Source: the human T2T-CHM13v2.0 reference genome, Homo sapiens
Length of the DNA stretch: 64,000 bases
Assembly (NCBI RefSeq): GCF_009914755.1
Contig: NC_060925.1
Direction: 5' to 3' (one strand)
Shown: positions 13,585 to 25,162 of the stretch, one piece after another
Position numbering within the stretch: the stretch's first letter is position 1
How the letters are laid out: the number at the start of each line of letters is the position of its first letter
Notes under the pieces: model-generated
Databases searched by the model: none
Seen by the model: only the letters and a program-made list of their open reading frames with translations
Told to the model about the DNA's origin: nothing
Program-made: the position numbers and the translations under genes

Positions 13585-15399
13585 CAATTGCGAAATGACT
13601 AGCGGTGGATGCTAAGAGCTGATAGGCAACAGATAAACAAGAGAGGCCTCTCATTCCATCACAAGACTGGCTGAGTCTAGGTTCTGGATGACACCATAGA
13701 GAAAACAAAACAGATTCCCTGGAGTTTCTGTGGGATACAGAGGCCAGTTACAGAAACAAAGAGAATTAGTTCTGTAGGAGCTGGGACCAGAAATGGCATC
13801 ATGTTTGGGGTGTCAGGACACTTCAGAAAGGAGTGGGGTTGAGTTGAAACAGACTTGTGGGAGGTAGCAGAGTGGTAGGCAGAAAAAAAATATCCATGCC
13901 TCTTTTTTGCTTAGGTGCCTTGTAGAGTTCACAAGAAAGCTGGGTTTGAGTAGGGAATAGTGTAGTGGAGTCACAAAGAAGCTTGAGGAAAGACATGTTT
14001 GGGCCAGGGACAAGCTAGACTCATGGGGGACAGTCACAAATAATTTAGAACATAGTGTCTTTAAAAATAACACTCAATTGAAGATAGAAAGAGTCTGTTT
14101 GTGCACTAGACACCTGTTAGTCATTTATCTATATAACACTGGTTCTCTTAGAAATCATCCTGTTTGTAATATACTTTGTTATATTATAAACAACTGACCT
14201 AATAGAGAAGTATTCATCAACTTTGAGTAGGAGTGACTTGAATATCATAGTCAATTATTGAATGTTTGTTGAAAGAATATATGAATCATGGCAAAGATTG
14301 TATGTGTCTACTAAGACGAGCCCAATAATCTCAGGGTGGTAGTGGGTTTTATCACCTATCAGCCAGGGGCCCTAAATGCCCCAGGTGACTAAGTCAGAGA
14401 AAACAAAACAGTAAAGCAGGAAACTTTTGACTAGTACCAGGAAGCACTCTTTGCCATGAGTCTGATAAAACATAGCAATTGGCTACCGAGAGAGCTGCTG
14501 CTCACTGTCTACAAATATATCGAAGAGGATAAAAGACTTCATTGATTCTGAAGAGTTTGTTGTGTTTTCAGCCTGGAGGCAGGACTCTGGTGCACTCCAT
14601 CTGGAATTGAGACATTTTTCCAGACCTCTGGGATCACTCTCATTCATCGTATGGTTTCTTGTCCCTTGCCTCCTTCCTCTCAGCCTCACCTTTATTTCCT
14701 GCTCTTTCTCCTCCTTTCCTTCTCAATAATAGCTGTGTCTCTGACCTTCTGCTTCTTTCTCACTACGACCCTTAAGTGTTCCCAGACTTCTTTCTCTATG
14801 GTAGCTGTTTTGGGGAATGTGGCAACTGGTCTAGCTATGCCCCAACAGCAGCCGCTGGTGATGGAGCTTGTGAAATACGCTTCAAAGAGCCTGCTCACCC
14901 TGGGGCTGGAGAACAACACTAGGTTGGGCTTTGGCAGGTGCAGCCCAGAGGGGGCTGGCAAAGCAGAAGGCAGCCTACGCCAACCAGTAGGGAGTGGCTC
15001 TGGGTCACTTCCCAGAAAGGGACTTCTACCAACTCAGACAATCGAGTCAATGGGTCCACCCACCAGAGGCAAAATAGATTGCTTCCATTGTTTGCAAGCA
15101 GAGTTGAGCAATGGGAATGGAGGGAGCACCTGGGCAACAGGAGATGCTGGTTTTCAGTGTTTGTTCATTCTTCCATTAGTGCCCCTGGGTCCTTCTGCTG
15201 TCACTCTACTCACAAGAATCCAGTGCCTTCCTGCTTCCTTGGGCGCATCAGGCCCACTTCCCTCCCCATCACTTTGGCTTTTCCTCTTGGGACAGTACCT
15301 CATGCCTTGAATGCATTCATCATCACCTCTCCCCTTCCCTCTGTCATTCAAACTCATCAGTCTGTGTCCTCTTTCCATAGTGCCTGCTCTTTCAGGTGA

Positions 15400-15497
15400 A
15401 TTACTGTGAGGATTGGGCTCTGAATCTTTGTCTTTGTGTTCCCTACACTACCCAGTACCAGGAAAACTGAAGGTACTCAATACATGTGTTTGTTAAT
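15400..15497 (+). mobile_element. L2 tail fragment
   Basis: CTACCCAGTACC..GGTACTCAATACATGTGTTTGTT. Confidence 0.5.
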
Positions 15498-15554
15498 TTC
15501 AAGGTTACTGAAATTGCATTGCTGTTATCATCTCACTTCTTCTTTCTGATAGAT

Positions 15555-15760
15555 ACTAGAAAGAGAACTGGCCACAGAATTAGAATACTGCAGCTGCAGT
15601 GGTCCTGGTTCCATCTTTACTACCTGTGAGTCCTTGGGCAAGTTGCTTAACCTTTCTGAATTCAGTTTCTGACTGCAACGCAAGAATTAAAGCAGTTTTC
15701 TGTTTTACGTCTCATAATATTGTTAAGATTAAATGGCAGCATATGGGCAAAAGAGCTTTA
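15555..15760 (+). mobile_element. MIR
   Basis: TGTGAGTCCTTGGGCAAGTTGCTTAACCTTTCTGAATTCAGTTTC. Confidence 0.8.
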
Positions 15761-16426
15761 TGATAGCAAGAGATATACATTTAGATTACTTCTTATGGTA
15801 TAACCAGTTTGAGTTAATGACTGACAATAGCTTAAAATATTCGTCTTCTCAGATAACTTGCATGCTTGTATTATGAGGACATCATTTTAAAAATCTAATT
15901 CTATTCAGTGAGAAATTATTAAATGTCTATTATGTGTCTTGCAATTTTATATACATTGTGGAGGTTTTGAGACAGGTAGAAGAAATGGTTGCTTTCTAAG
16001 AAATTGTGACATAATTAGAAGGGGCTATACCAGACTATAGTGAGCTGCCCACGTGGGATTTAATACATGTTTCCAAGACTTTGGAACTAGTTTTCTTAGG
16101 CCAGTAAAATTAAAAAAGAAAAAAAAATGGGAGACCAACATTGACTTGCCAAGTTTTAACTTTTCTCATCTATTCAACAGTTTGAAACTTATATTTGGAA
16201 TTTGTATATAACAGCATAGAGAACTATAACACCAATAGAAATCTATAAAAACTTAAAACTTGACTCATGGGAACTTTACGAAAAATATAAGCTACCGCCC
16301 TCATCTCTCTCACTTTACTTTGAGCCACTCTGCAAGTTTGTGGACCAGGAGGTGGGTACTACTACGTGAGCACACAGAACACCTGACTGGGAGTTGGCTC
16401 CCTCGCTCTGATACTATTTGGTTTTC

Positions 16427-16714
16427 TTTTTTTTTTTTTTTGAGACAGAGTCTTTCTTGCTCTGTTGCCCAGCCTGTTGCCCAGGCTCACTGCAAGCTTC
16501 GCCTCCCAGGTTCACGCCATTCTCCTGCCTCAGCCTCCCGAGTAGCTGGGACTACAGGTGCCCATTACCACGCCTGGCTAATTTTTTTGTATTTTTAGTA
16601 GAGACGGGGTTTCACCGTGTTAGCCAGGATGGTCTCGATCTCCTGACCTCATGATCCACCCACCTCGGCCTCCCAAAGTGCTGGGATTACAGGCGTTAGC
16701 CACTGCACCCGGCC
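16427..16714 (-). mobile_element. AluY with internal deletion and duplication
   Basis: Y diagnostics; perfect 15-bp TSD TACTATTTGGTTTTC at 16412 and 16715. Confidence 0.95.
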
Positions 16715-16744
16715 TACTATTTGGTTTTCACAAAGTCGGTGTGA

Positions 16745-17040
16745 GACACTGTGCAAGGCCCTGAAACACTGTAGGCTCTATTTCCTCTTTTGCAAAATAG
16801 GGATTGGACTAGAACCTGTGCAGCCTAACACCATGGGCTCTAGCCACATGCAGTCACTGAAATTTAAATCAATTCAATTAAATAAAATATAAAATTTAAT
16901 ATCTTAGTTACACTTGCCACATTTCAAATGCCTAATAGCCACATATGACTAATGATAATCATACTGGACCACACATATTTAGACCATATCCAGCACTGCA
17001 GAAAGTTCTGTTACATAATGCTGGACTAGATGATTTCTAA
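16745..17040 (+). mobile_element. MIR (MIR3-like) remnant split by MER3
   Basis: TTTCCTCTTTTGCAAAATAGGGATTGGACTAGA..GACTAGATGATTTCTAA reads continuously across the MER3. Confidence 0.6.
16815..17023. mobile_element. MER3 hAT-Charlie MITE
   Basis: 209 bp; TAGCCACATG..GCCACATTTCAAATGC; 8-bp TSD GACTAGA(A/T). Confidence 0.85.
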
Positions 17041-18648
17041 AGTTTTTTTAAATTTTAAAATTCTAGGAGGTTTTGGTTACATACAGTCCTGCTTAGCGTC
17101 TGAGTCATGGGGTGGCTTCAAAATAGTGAGGTTATAAAACAGTCCCTCAACTGTCTGTTAAATCTATATGGTGATGATAATCGTTTAACTCCAATGGATG
17201 GCATGGATACCAATTGTTGCCTAAGAAGTGTTGATTTTATTGTAAATGTTAAGCAGTTTGGTTAAACCAAAGTCTCACATTCAACCTTCTGTATCTATCT
17301 CAAAGGTTGTCCTCCATTTGAATACCCATTTTTCCAATCCCTACCAGGTATTTCTTTCTTTCTTTTTTTTTTATCTGAGATTAATCTCCCATAACATTTT
17401 CACAATCTTATGGGAAAAACTAATCTAAATGATAAGTAGTTTCTTTTTTCTTCTTCAATCTACCATAAAATTGCCAATGTGTTTTTAAAACCACTATTTT
17501 TATAGAACTTGTGTAAACACTGTTTTGGACTCCATCTGTTGAATCGGTCCCAGCCGCTAACAAGTATTGTTTGTGAGATGTGCCATCATTGGTGATGTGG
17601 AGGGGGTACAAACTGAGATGGCTTGGCAACATGCAGCACCACATAAATTAAGCCATTGTCATTGCTGTTAAGGAAAAGCACCAATGCCATTTAAGCTCTG
17701 CACAACTGAAGATGGAAGGAAAGTACCCAGCACTTGCTTTCTGAATCTTAAAGAACAAAATCATGAAAAAATACTAAAGTAGTTCCAAATTTCCAAGATA
17801 TTTTTAAAAAGTAAGAAATCTGTAAGAGAGAGAAAGAGACCTCAACAGTTTCTAAAATTAACTCAACAAACGCTATCACCATGATAATGACAATTTCTGA
17901 AGATCAGAGCCTATCCAGTCAGCATCCTTTTTGAAACTTTTTCTCTGAGCAAGCAGAAGTTACAGAGCCCAACACCATTGTCTTTTCCACGTTGAAGCAA
18001 CTATAATAAGACAAGTAAAATCTGAAGATACCTGGTTATTATAAATATGAGGCAATACCGGCCAACAGAATTGACGAGAATATTCAGTGAGATCCAGTGA
18101 CTAATCCACCCAGCTTTATAAACTGACAAACTCTGACCTTCTTGCCTGCTCAGAGACTCTGCTTCTTGTCAGTTACGTGGTGTTGCCCTTATTACCATAT
18201 TGCCCGTGTACTACGCTTAGAGCAGAGAAACTCTGGCCCTGGAGTGGGCTTGTGTCAACATTTTTATTGCAAATTCCCATTTTCTGGTCATTAAAAAGCT
18301 TTCGGCACAGAAGTAACTTTGCAAGAGTTCAAACTTTGAAAGAACTCATTTAATGGCTTAAAAATAACACTTGGGCCACACCCATAATTTAAAATGTTCT
18401 AGCTGGCTTTGTGGCCTGGGCTTTTTCAAAATGTGTAAACTGAAAATACGAAGGGACTTAGGACTTGGAGCAGTTCCAAAGATTGGTTTTTAGTGTTTGT
18501 TGAACTGGAATGAAGTTCCTTAATGGTAAGCTTTTCTTGCAGAAATGAAATTGTAGGATCAAATTAGTCAGAATGCTGTCTAGCTTCCACTGCAAAGGGG
18601 TCCCTCAATAACTTCCTCACAGGGTTATGAGGGAAGAATGGCTGGGCC

Positions 18649-18816
18649 TAGGCCAGGCTACATAATCTGGGGTCCCCAGTGCAAAGTTAAAATGTGGGAC
18701 TCCTTGTTAAAAAAAAAAATTCAAGACAGTGACAGCAGAGAATTAAATTGAGTGCAAGGCCTAAGTGTGGGGCCCCAAGAGACTGCAGGGGTTGCATGCC
18801 CATGAAGCTGGCCCTA
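18649..18816 (-). mobile_element. MER45A-like hAT-Tip100 MITE
   Basis: GCTACATAAT..CCCAGTGCAAA..GCCCATGAAGCTGGCCCT; degenerate 8-bp TSD ending GGGCC. Confidence 0.8.
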
Positions 18817-18824
18817 ACGGGGCC

Positions 18825-19091
18825 TTTCCCCCACCTCCCTCCCTCTCTCCCTTCCTCTTTTTTCCTCTCCCCTCTTCCCTCCCTTCCCTCCTCTTTCTCT
18901 TTCTTTTTCTTCCCCTCCTATTTCCCTCCCCTCCTCTCCCTTCCCCTTCCTCTCCTCCTCCCTCCCGGTCTCCCCCTTCTTTCCCCTCCCTCCCTCCCTC
19001 CGTCCCTGCCTGCCTGCCTTCCTTCCTTCCTTCCTTCTTTCCTTCCTTCCTCCCTCCCTCCCTTTCTTCTTTCTTTCTTTCTTTCTCTTTC
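18825..19091. repeat. Polypyrimidine tract with (CCCT)n, (CCTG)n, (CCTT)n and (CTTT)n
   Basis: About 265 bp, almost entirely C/T. Confidence 0.95.
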
Positions 19092-19211
19092 TAGTATTCT
19101 CAAGGTATGATAAGAATGTTTGTTGCTGTTTATAAAGCATTGTTATTAAGCATTATTGATTTAAAAATACTGTTTAATAGCAACAAATGAAACACTTAAG
19201 AGATGATTTTC

Positions 19212-19543
<332 letters not shown>

Positions 19544-19549
19544 CTAAAA

Positions 19550-19680
19550 TAAGCCCATTTTTCAGATTAAGGAATTACGTTAAGGCTCCACTGAATGGTT
19601 AACTGATTTTCATAAAGCTTTATAGGTCTTCACTGGTAGAGCTAGGATCACAATTTCATTCTCTTGATACTTAATCCTGT
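19550..19680 (-). mobile_element. MIR remnant
   Basis: CCCATTTTTCAGATTAAGGAA..GGTAGAGCTAGGAT. Confidence 0.55.
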
Positions 19681-20085
19681 TTTGAGTAAAAGGATGTCAC
19701 ATATCACAAAGTTTAATTAGGAAAAGGGAGGAAACCTTGGACCAAGAAATAAAGGAACTATTATGAAATGAGGCTTTTTTTTTTCCTTTTTTCATAATTC
19801 TAGGATTGGGCCAAACTAACAGTCTCTGCAAAAACTTTAAAAGATCATTTTTATAAAACTCGTTTTGCTTCAGAAGACCACTCCTATAGTCTGGCTGAAT
19901 CTGTGTGATATGAGATTGTGCTATAATTGGGCTTGTTTACAACTTGATAGACCAAAGAAGTGGAAAGGGCTAGCCATGGACTGCTATTCAGTACAAAGCA
20001 AAACTTCAGGAAAGACTAGATAATAGACTTGAGGTTTGAGGCTCATATTTGCTCACTGAAATAATACTATGGGTCCTGCATTTCT

Positions 20086-20358
20086 CAGTGCATTCCAAGG
20101 GTTGTTAATAATGTGTTACTTTAAAAAAGAAGCAACAGCTCTTTTTGGTCAATTAAGTTTGGGGAAACAATGACTTTGATAAAGTTAAACAACTTTGGGA
20201 CATCTCAAACCTTTAATCAGCTCTGTGATTTGTGATTCCCCAAAGGGGTGTATAGCTTTCTAAACTTACTTGACCACAGAACCATCTAACCTTTTTTTTT
20301 TCCTCTGAAGAATCTCAAGGGGCTAGTGCTCCACGGAACATGCTTTGAAAAATGATGC
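20086..20358. mobile_element. hAT-Charlie DNA transposon remnant (Charlie4-like)
   Basis: GGTCAATTAAGTTTGGGGAAAC / AAACTTACTTGACCACAGAACC internal inverted motifs; CCACGGAACATGCTTTGAAAAATGATG end. Confidence 0.65.
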
Positions 20359-20394
20359 CTTGGATTGAAGAACCAACATCATTGATTACAGTCC

Positions 20395-20871
20395 TGTAGT
20401 GAGTTGAATTGTGACCCTCAAAAGATATGTCTTCAGAACCTCAGAACGTGATTGTATTTGGAATAAGGGTCCAAATGTAGATGTCATTTATGTAAGGAGC
20501 TCAAGACGAGACTATCCTGGATTTAAAAACTTTAGAGTGAGCCTTAAATTCATTGGCCAATGCCCTTATAAGAGAAAGGAGGGAGAGATTTGAGACACAG
20601 AGACACATAGATAAGAAGGCCATGTAATGATAGAAGCAGAGATTGGAGACATGTTGCCACAAGCCAAGGAAGGCCAGGAGCCAACAGAAGCTGGGAGAGG
20701 CAAGAAAACATCCGCCACTAGCACCTCTGGACTTCGGCCCCCAGAAGTGGTTCTTTAATCTGAGGCATCTTTTTGGACTTCTAGGTTCCAGAGGCGTGAG
20801 AATAAATTTTTGTTCTTTGAAGGCAGCAAGGTTGTGGTAACTTGTTACCACAGTCCTAGGAAACGAATGCA
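20395..20871 (+). mobile_element. MLT1C-like solo MaLR LTR
   Basis: TG..CA termini; perfect 5-bp TSD AGTCC; AATAAATTT poly(A) signal. Confidence 0.9.
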
Positions 20872-20876
20872 AGTCC

Positions 20877-21310
20877 AATCAGTAAACCAGAACCAAGACT
20901 CCAAGAACCAAGTGCCTCCATCTGGGGCCCATGGAAATGTGGCCATCCTTGTTGGGACTGCTCTTGGGAAATGGGAGGTGGTTCACAAGAGGTTTAAGGC
21001 CTAGATAAACTACAGTGAATGAACCCCATAGAAAGGGCCAGGACCATCAGCAGTACAAAGGCTATATAAAGGGAAAAGACATGATGGGGCAGAGATATTG
21101 GCGGGGCCCCTCTCAATGCTACTCCTGTCCTGTGGGGATTCTCCCATGGGTCGCCAAGTGGCCTGTGGGCGATAACCCTGAATGTTCTTGATTGTCTCAC
21201 CCCTGCTGCCTGGCTCTCAAATAAGACTGAGAACATTTCCATGCTTGTTTTGTATTCTGGCCCCTCTAAGCATGTTCATGATTTGTCCTCTTTGCTCTTA
21301 GTTCAAGAGG
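20877..21310 (+). mobile_element. Putative degenerate LTR or promoter-like segment
   Basis: CCAAT at 20875, TATATAAA at 21063 and AAATAA near 21219, in LTR-like order; family not recognised. Confidence 0.35.
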
Positions 21311-21817
21311 GCATTTCCTTTGTTTGTTTCTCCATAGCCTTTCCCCTATATTGTTGCCTTAGTCTTTTATTTCCGACCTATTGGGCAGCATCATAAGGGC
21401 TTTCTTTGGCTCAGAGCAAGGAGAAGTTGTGTTGACTAAAGTAAACTAGTTCTCTAATTACTTGCATGCTTACTGTGTATTAGCAGAAGTGGCTACAATT
21501 TCAAAAATGCTTTCCCTCCATGGCTTTCACTTTGGGGGTTAGAGGTATGGCAGCCTGGGAGGGCACTTGAGTTAGACTGGATTTTGTAACTGCTTTTAGC
21601 ACAATATCATGTGAGCGGAAGGCTACAGCTTATGCACTCATCACCCTCCCCTTCTGGAGACTCAAAACTAGTGGATTCAACTGGTCCTACCCTTCTCAGA
21701 AGGTGATTAGAAGCTATGCCAGGAAACCATAGCTCAGAAACCCACTCATTCAATTGCTTTTAGCAGTTGCTGAACACTTGCCTCGTAAGAGCCTAGAGGC
21801 CCCTTCCTTCTCTCACA

Positions 21818-21830
21818 CCAGTAGGAGGCG
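21818..21830 (+). promoter_or_regulatory. Candidate CTCF site
   Basis: CCAGTAGGAGGCG matches CCRSYAGRKGGCR at 12/13 positions. Confidence 0.4.
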
Positions 21831-24291
21831 TCCTGGTGGGGACAAAAGTGGTGAAGGAAGCAGCGTTGAGGATCAGTGCTGGACTCCTGCTTGTCTGGTC
21901 TGTCCTCTGCCCCTACTGACAAGAAAGAAAATGGAAAGGAAGGCTGGTGCCAAAACAACTTCTTGGTGCCACTGCAAAGAGCAGTCTGACTGGTAGTGGG
22001 GAAGTGATTAAGAGGTGGTGAAAGGGGGACTAGTAGAAATTTTCCTCCTGTGACTGACCCATAAATTTTGGAAACACTGGTGATCACCCCTATTAAAAAG
22101 GCAAAAATATGGGCCACAGAGAGGTTATTCCAAGTTCATTCTGAGACACCAGGGCAGTGCTGGAAAATAAACTTCTGACTCCTGATTCCTGCTTGACGAT
22201 ACCACTCTGGGAGAACCACGTTACCCCTTGCCTGTCATTCCATTCATAAATATAAGCAGAAAAATCCACCTCCAGGACTCCTTTGCCTGCTCCTCCCCCT
22301 TTAATGAAACCGTCCATCCCAAACTAGACAGCAGGAGCAAATATGTTACACAGTGAGAGCTTTCAGAGACTCTGTGCAAGAAGGCAAAGAAGACAAAACG
22401 TAATAGGTAGAAAAAAAACAGAGAAACATCTGGAAAAAAAATACCAGAGCGCATTATTATGATAACAGCTCCCAGAAAGTTCCCAGTTTAAGATTTCTAG
22501 GGATTCTCTTTTCCTTATCTATTGTGCACATGCCCTCAAAAGCAAAGCAGACCTCCTTGCCCTGGCACCTCCCCACAACCATGCATCACTCCCAGCTGCT
22601 TTATAATCTTCCTAAAACTACCTTTCTATTTTTAATACTTATTTACCTCTAAAATGCAGACATCCTAGACTGTCTTCTAATGATTTAAGATTGAATAATT
22701 AGGTAATACACATATCTGAAAACAGATAAGATGCAGTTTCTTTCTTTGAGGAAATGGTCAGGGGAAACTGCTCTGGGCTGTTTTTAAACGAGACAACCCC
22801 TCTCTAGGGGGTTTTAAACACATCCTTTGCCCTCTTCAGCCAGTGCTTGTTAACATCCTGCAGCATTGAAACTGCCCATATTTAGATCAAACATCCAAGT
22901 AAAAATTTGAAGGAATGGAGGCTAATTCAAGAATGTAAGATCCATTAAATTATGCAAGTATGCATGAACTGGAAAAAGTGGATCCCATACATAGTGCTAT
23001 AGCCCTTAGCTGTTAGCAGGTGTGAGTCAGTCAGTTGTACAATTCATTTGTCTACCTAATTGCACTGAAGATAGGCTTTTACTTTGCCTATAACATCTCT
23101 AATGAGTAGGTTTTCAGTTCGATCTAACTAATTAATTCTTGTTAACTTCCTTTGCATTGCTGTTCTTTTAATTTAACCAGAGACGGCCCAGAGTTGCTAC
23201 TAGTGTTTAGTCTCAACTAGATTACCCCAATTCATTAAGGGCTGTAATTGTTGGTCATACCCTTCCAAGCGGTCATTACAACCTCTGGCTTGCATATTGA
23301 ATAACAGCAATTTCCTGACTCCAACAGACTCTATGTGAGGAAGGAAAAAATGCTAATAAAGAAAGAATAAATGATTCTCGACTCCATTCAGGGCTGTGTA
23401 GATTTCTTTTGCAGCAGAAATTGTACCGAGGTGGTAAAACGGGCTTCTTGCAGGCCCCCTACCTCCACCCTGAGCGAAAACAATAAGAACCAAGTGAAGC
23501 ATTCCCTGCTACTGTGATTACAGCATCCGTAAAAGTGATTATATGGCTGCTGTAATCAACTTCAATGAAAGCTGCCTGTTAGAGCTTCAATAATTACTCA
23601 TTTCTGTTAACAGCTTGCTTTCATTTAGCACTTTGAGGCCAAGGGGAAAAAAACAACAAAAAAAAACTTGGGGCATTTTAATAAAGGATCCCACTCACAT
23701 GGTATTTTTTGGGGGTAAACCCTTGTGTGTGGGCAAAAAAAAAAAAAAAAATGCACATGTAAGTTTTTTGTCCCCTTCTCAATAGCAGGGCCCCTTTCAT
23801 TTTAAGCTTAGATTCTATTTAACCAGCAAAAGCACAAGTTCATACAGGGTTCAATCATGTGCTGAATGTTTACTGAAGGAGGCACAATAGTTTAAATAAA
23901 GTGGTGGTTTTAAATATTTTACCCATTTCTTTAAACAAATTGCCAATCCTTAAAGTCTGTGCTGAACACATTTCAAAAGCAAAATACCACAAAGATCTTT
24001 CAATAAAACCCCTGCATGGAGTGTTTCGTTTGCTCTCCTACACTTTCCCCTTCCCTCTTGCTTTGGATGCATTTGATTATTTATTTTTTTAAGAGAGGGC
24101 AAGTTTGGGAGAATAAAATTTGTTTTAAGTCCTTAAAATATTTGCTCTAAATGGCTTCTTTGGAGGAGATGAAGCAAAATAAGAGATTATCATAAGCCCA
24201 GCAACATCAGTCATTCAGGTAGTCAAGTTTTGGGGGCTCTGAGCAAAGTGTGATTAGGTAGGTAGAGAAATGGTTAAGACCCACTAGAACA

Positions 24292-24309
24292 TGAGTCATA
24301 CATGACTCA
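24292..24309. promoter_or_regulatory. Paired inverted AP-1 sites
   Basis: TGAGTCA-TACA-TGACTCA. Confidence 0.4.
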
Positions 24310-24795
24310 CCACTCTCACTTTCAGCATTTCTGAGAGACAAACAAGATGCATAAACATAATATTAAACAAACAACGGTAGAGACCTTGTTTTCATCAAAG
24401 ACAGACAGCAAGACTACTAATGTACAAAAATTCTTTGAGCTCAGTTACCATCCAATAAACCTAATCTCCCTTCCTTCTTCCCAAAACCAACACCCCAGAA
24501 AGAAAATACCAAAAATCGTACAAGAAAGTTGGATCCTATTATATTTCCTTGCCTTCAAAGTTCAGATAAGTTGGAAAATCTTCAAAATTTGCTTGCAGTT
24601 TCATACTAAATCAAAACTTTTTTTTTCTCCACAACACATAACATTCAAAACATATCAAATTTAAATTCTGGTGCCTTTAAAGTTTGCTTAGAGAAAATGA
24701 AAATACTACATGTTATTGTGTTTTATTTTTCTCAAATGGCTAAATGATTAGTGAGAAAAGTCCACTAACACTTTGAACACTGTGACATGAAAATA

Positions 24796-25162
24796 CAGTT
24801 ATGTGTTGCAGAATGAGGTTTTGGCCAACAACAGAGCATATTTATGATGGTGGTCTCATAAAGTTATAATATTGTATTTTTATTATACTTTTTCTCTGTT
24901 TAGATACATAAATACTTACCATTGTGTTACTATAACAATATACATACCCATGCGTTACCATTGTGTGCCTACTATATTCAGCACAGTAACATACTGTACA
25001 GGTTTGTAAGCTAGGAACAATAGGATAAACATAGGCTAGGTCTGTACTAGGCTATACCATCTAGGTTTGTGTAAGTACATTCTATGATGTTTGAACAATG
25101 ACAGAATCATCTAAGGATGAATTTCTCAGAATCTATCACCATCTTTAAAAGACGCATGGCTG
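24796..25162 (+). mobile_element. Tigger3a-like TcMar DNA transposon
   Basis: TA-CAGTTATG..CATGGCTG-TA termini; GGCTATACCATCTAGGTTTGTGTAAGTACA. Confidence 0.9.

Noticed and set aside
18748-19140. Pro/Ser/Phe-rich and Arg/Glu/Gly-rich ORFs
   Set aside because: They are translations of a simple polypyrimidine repeat.
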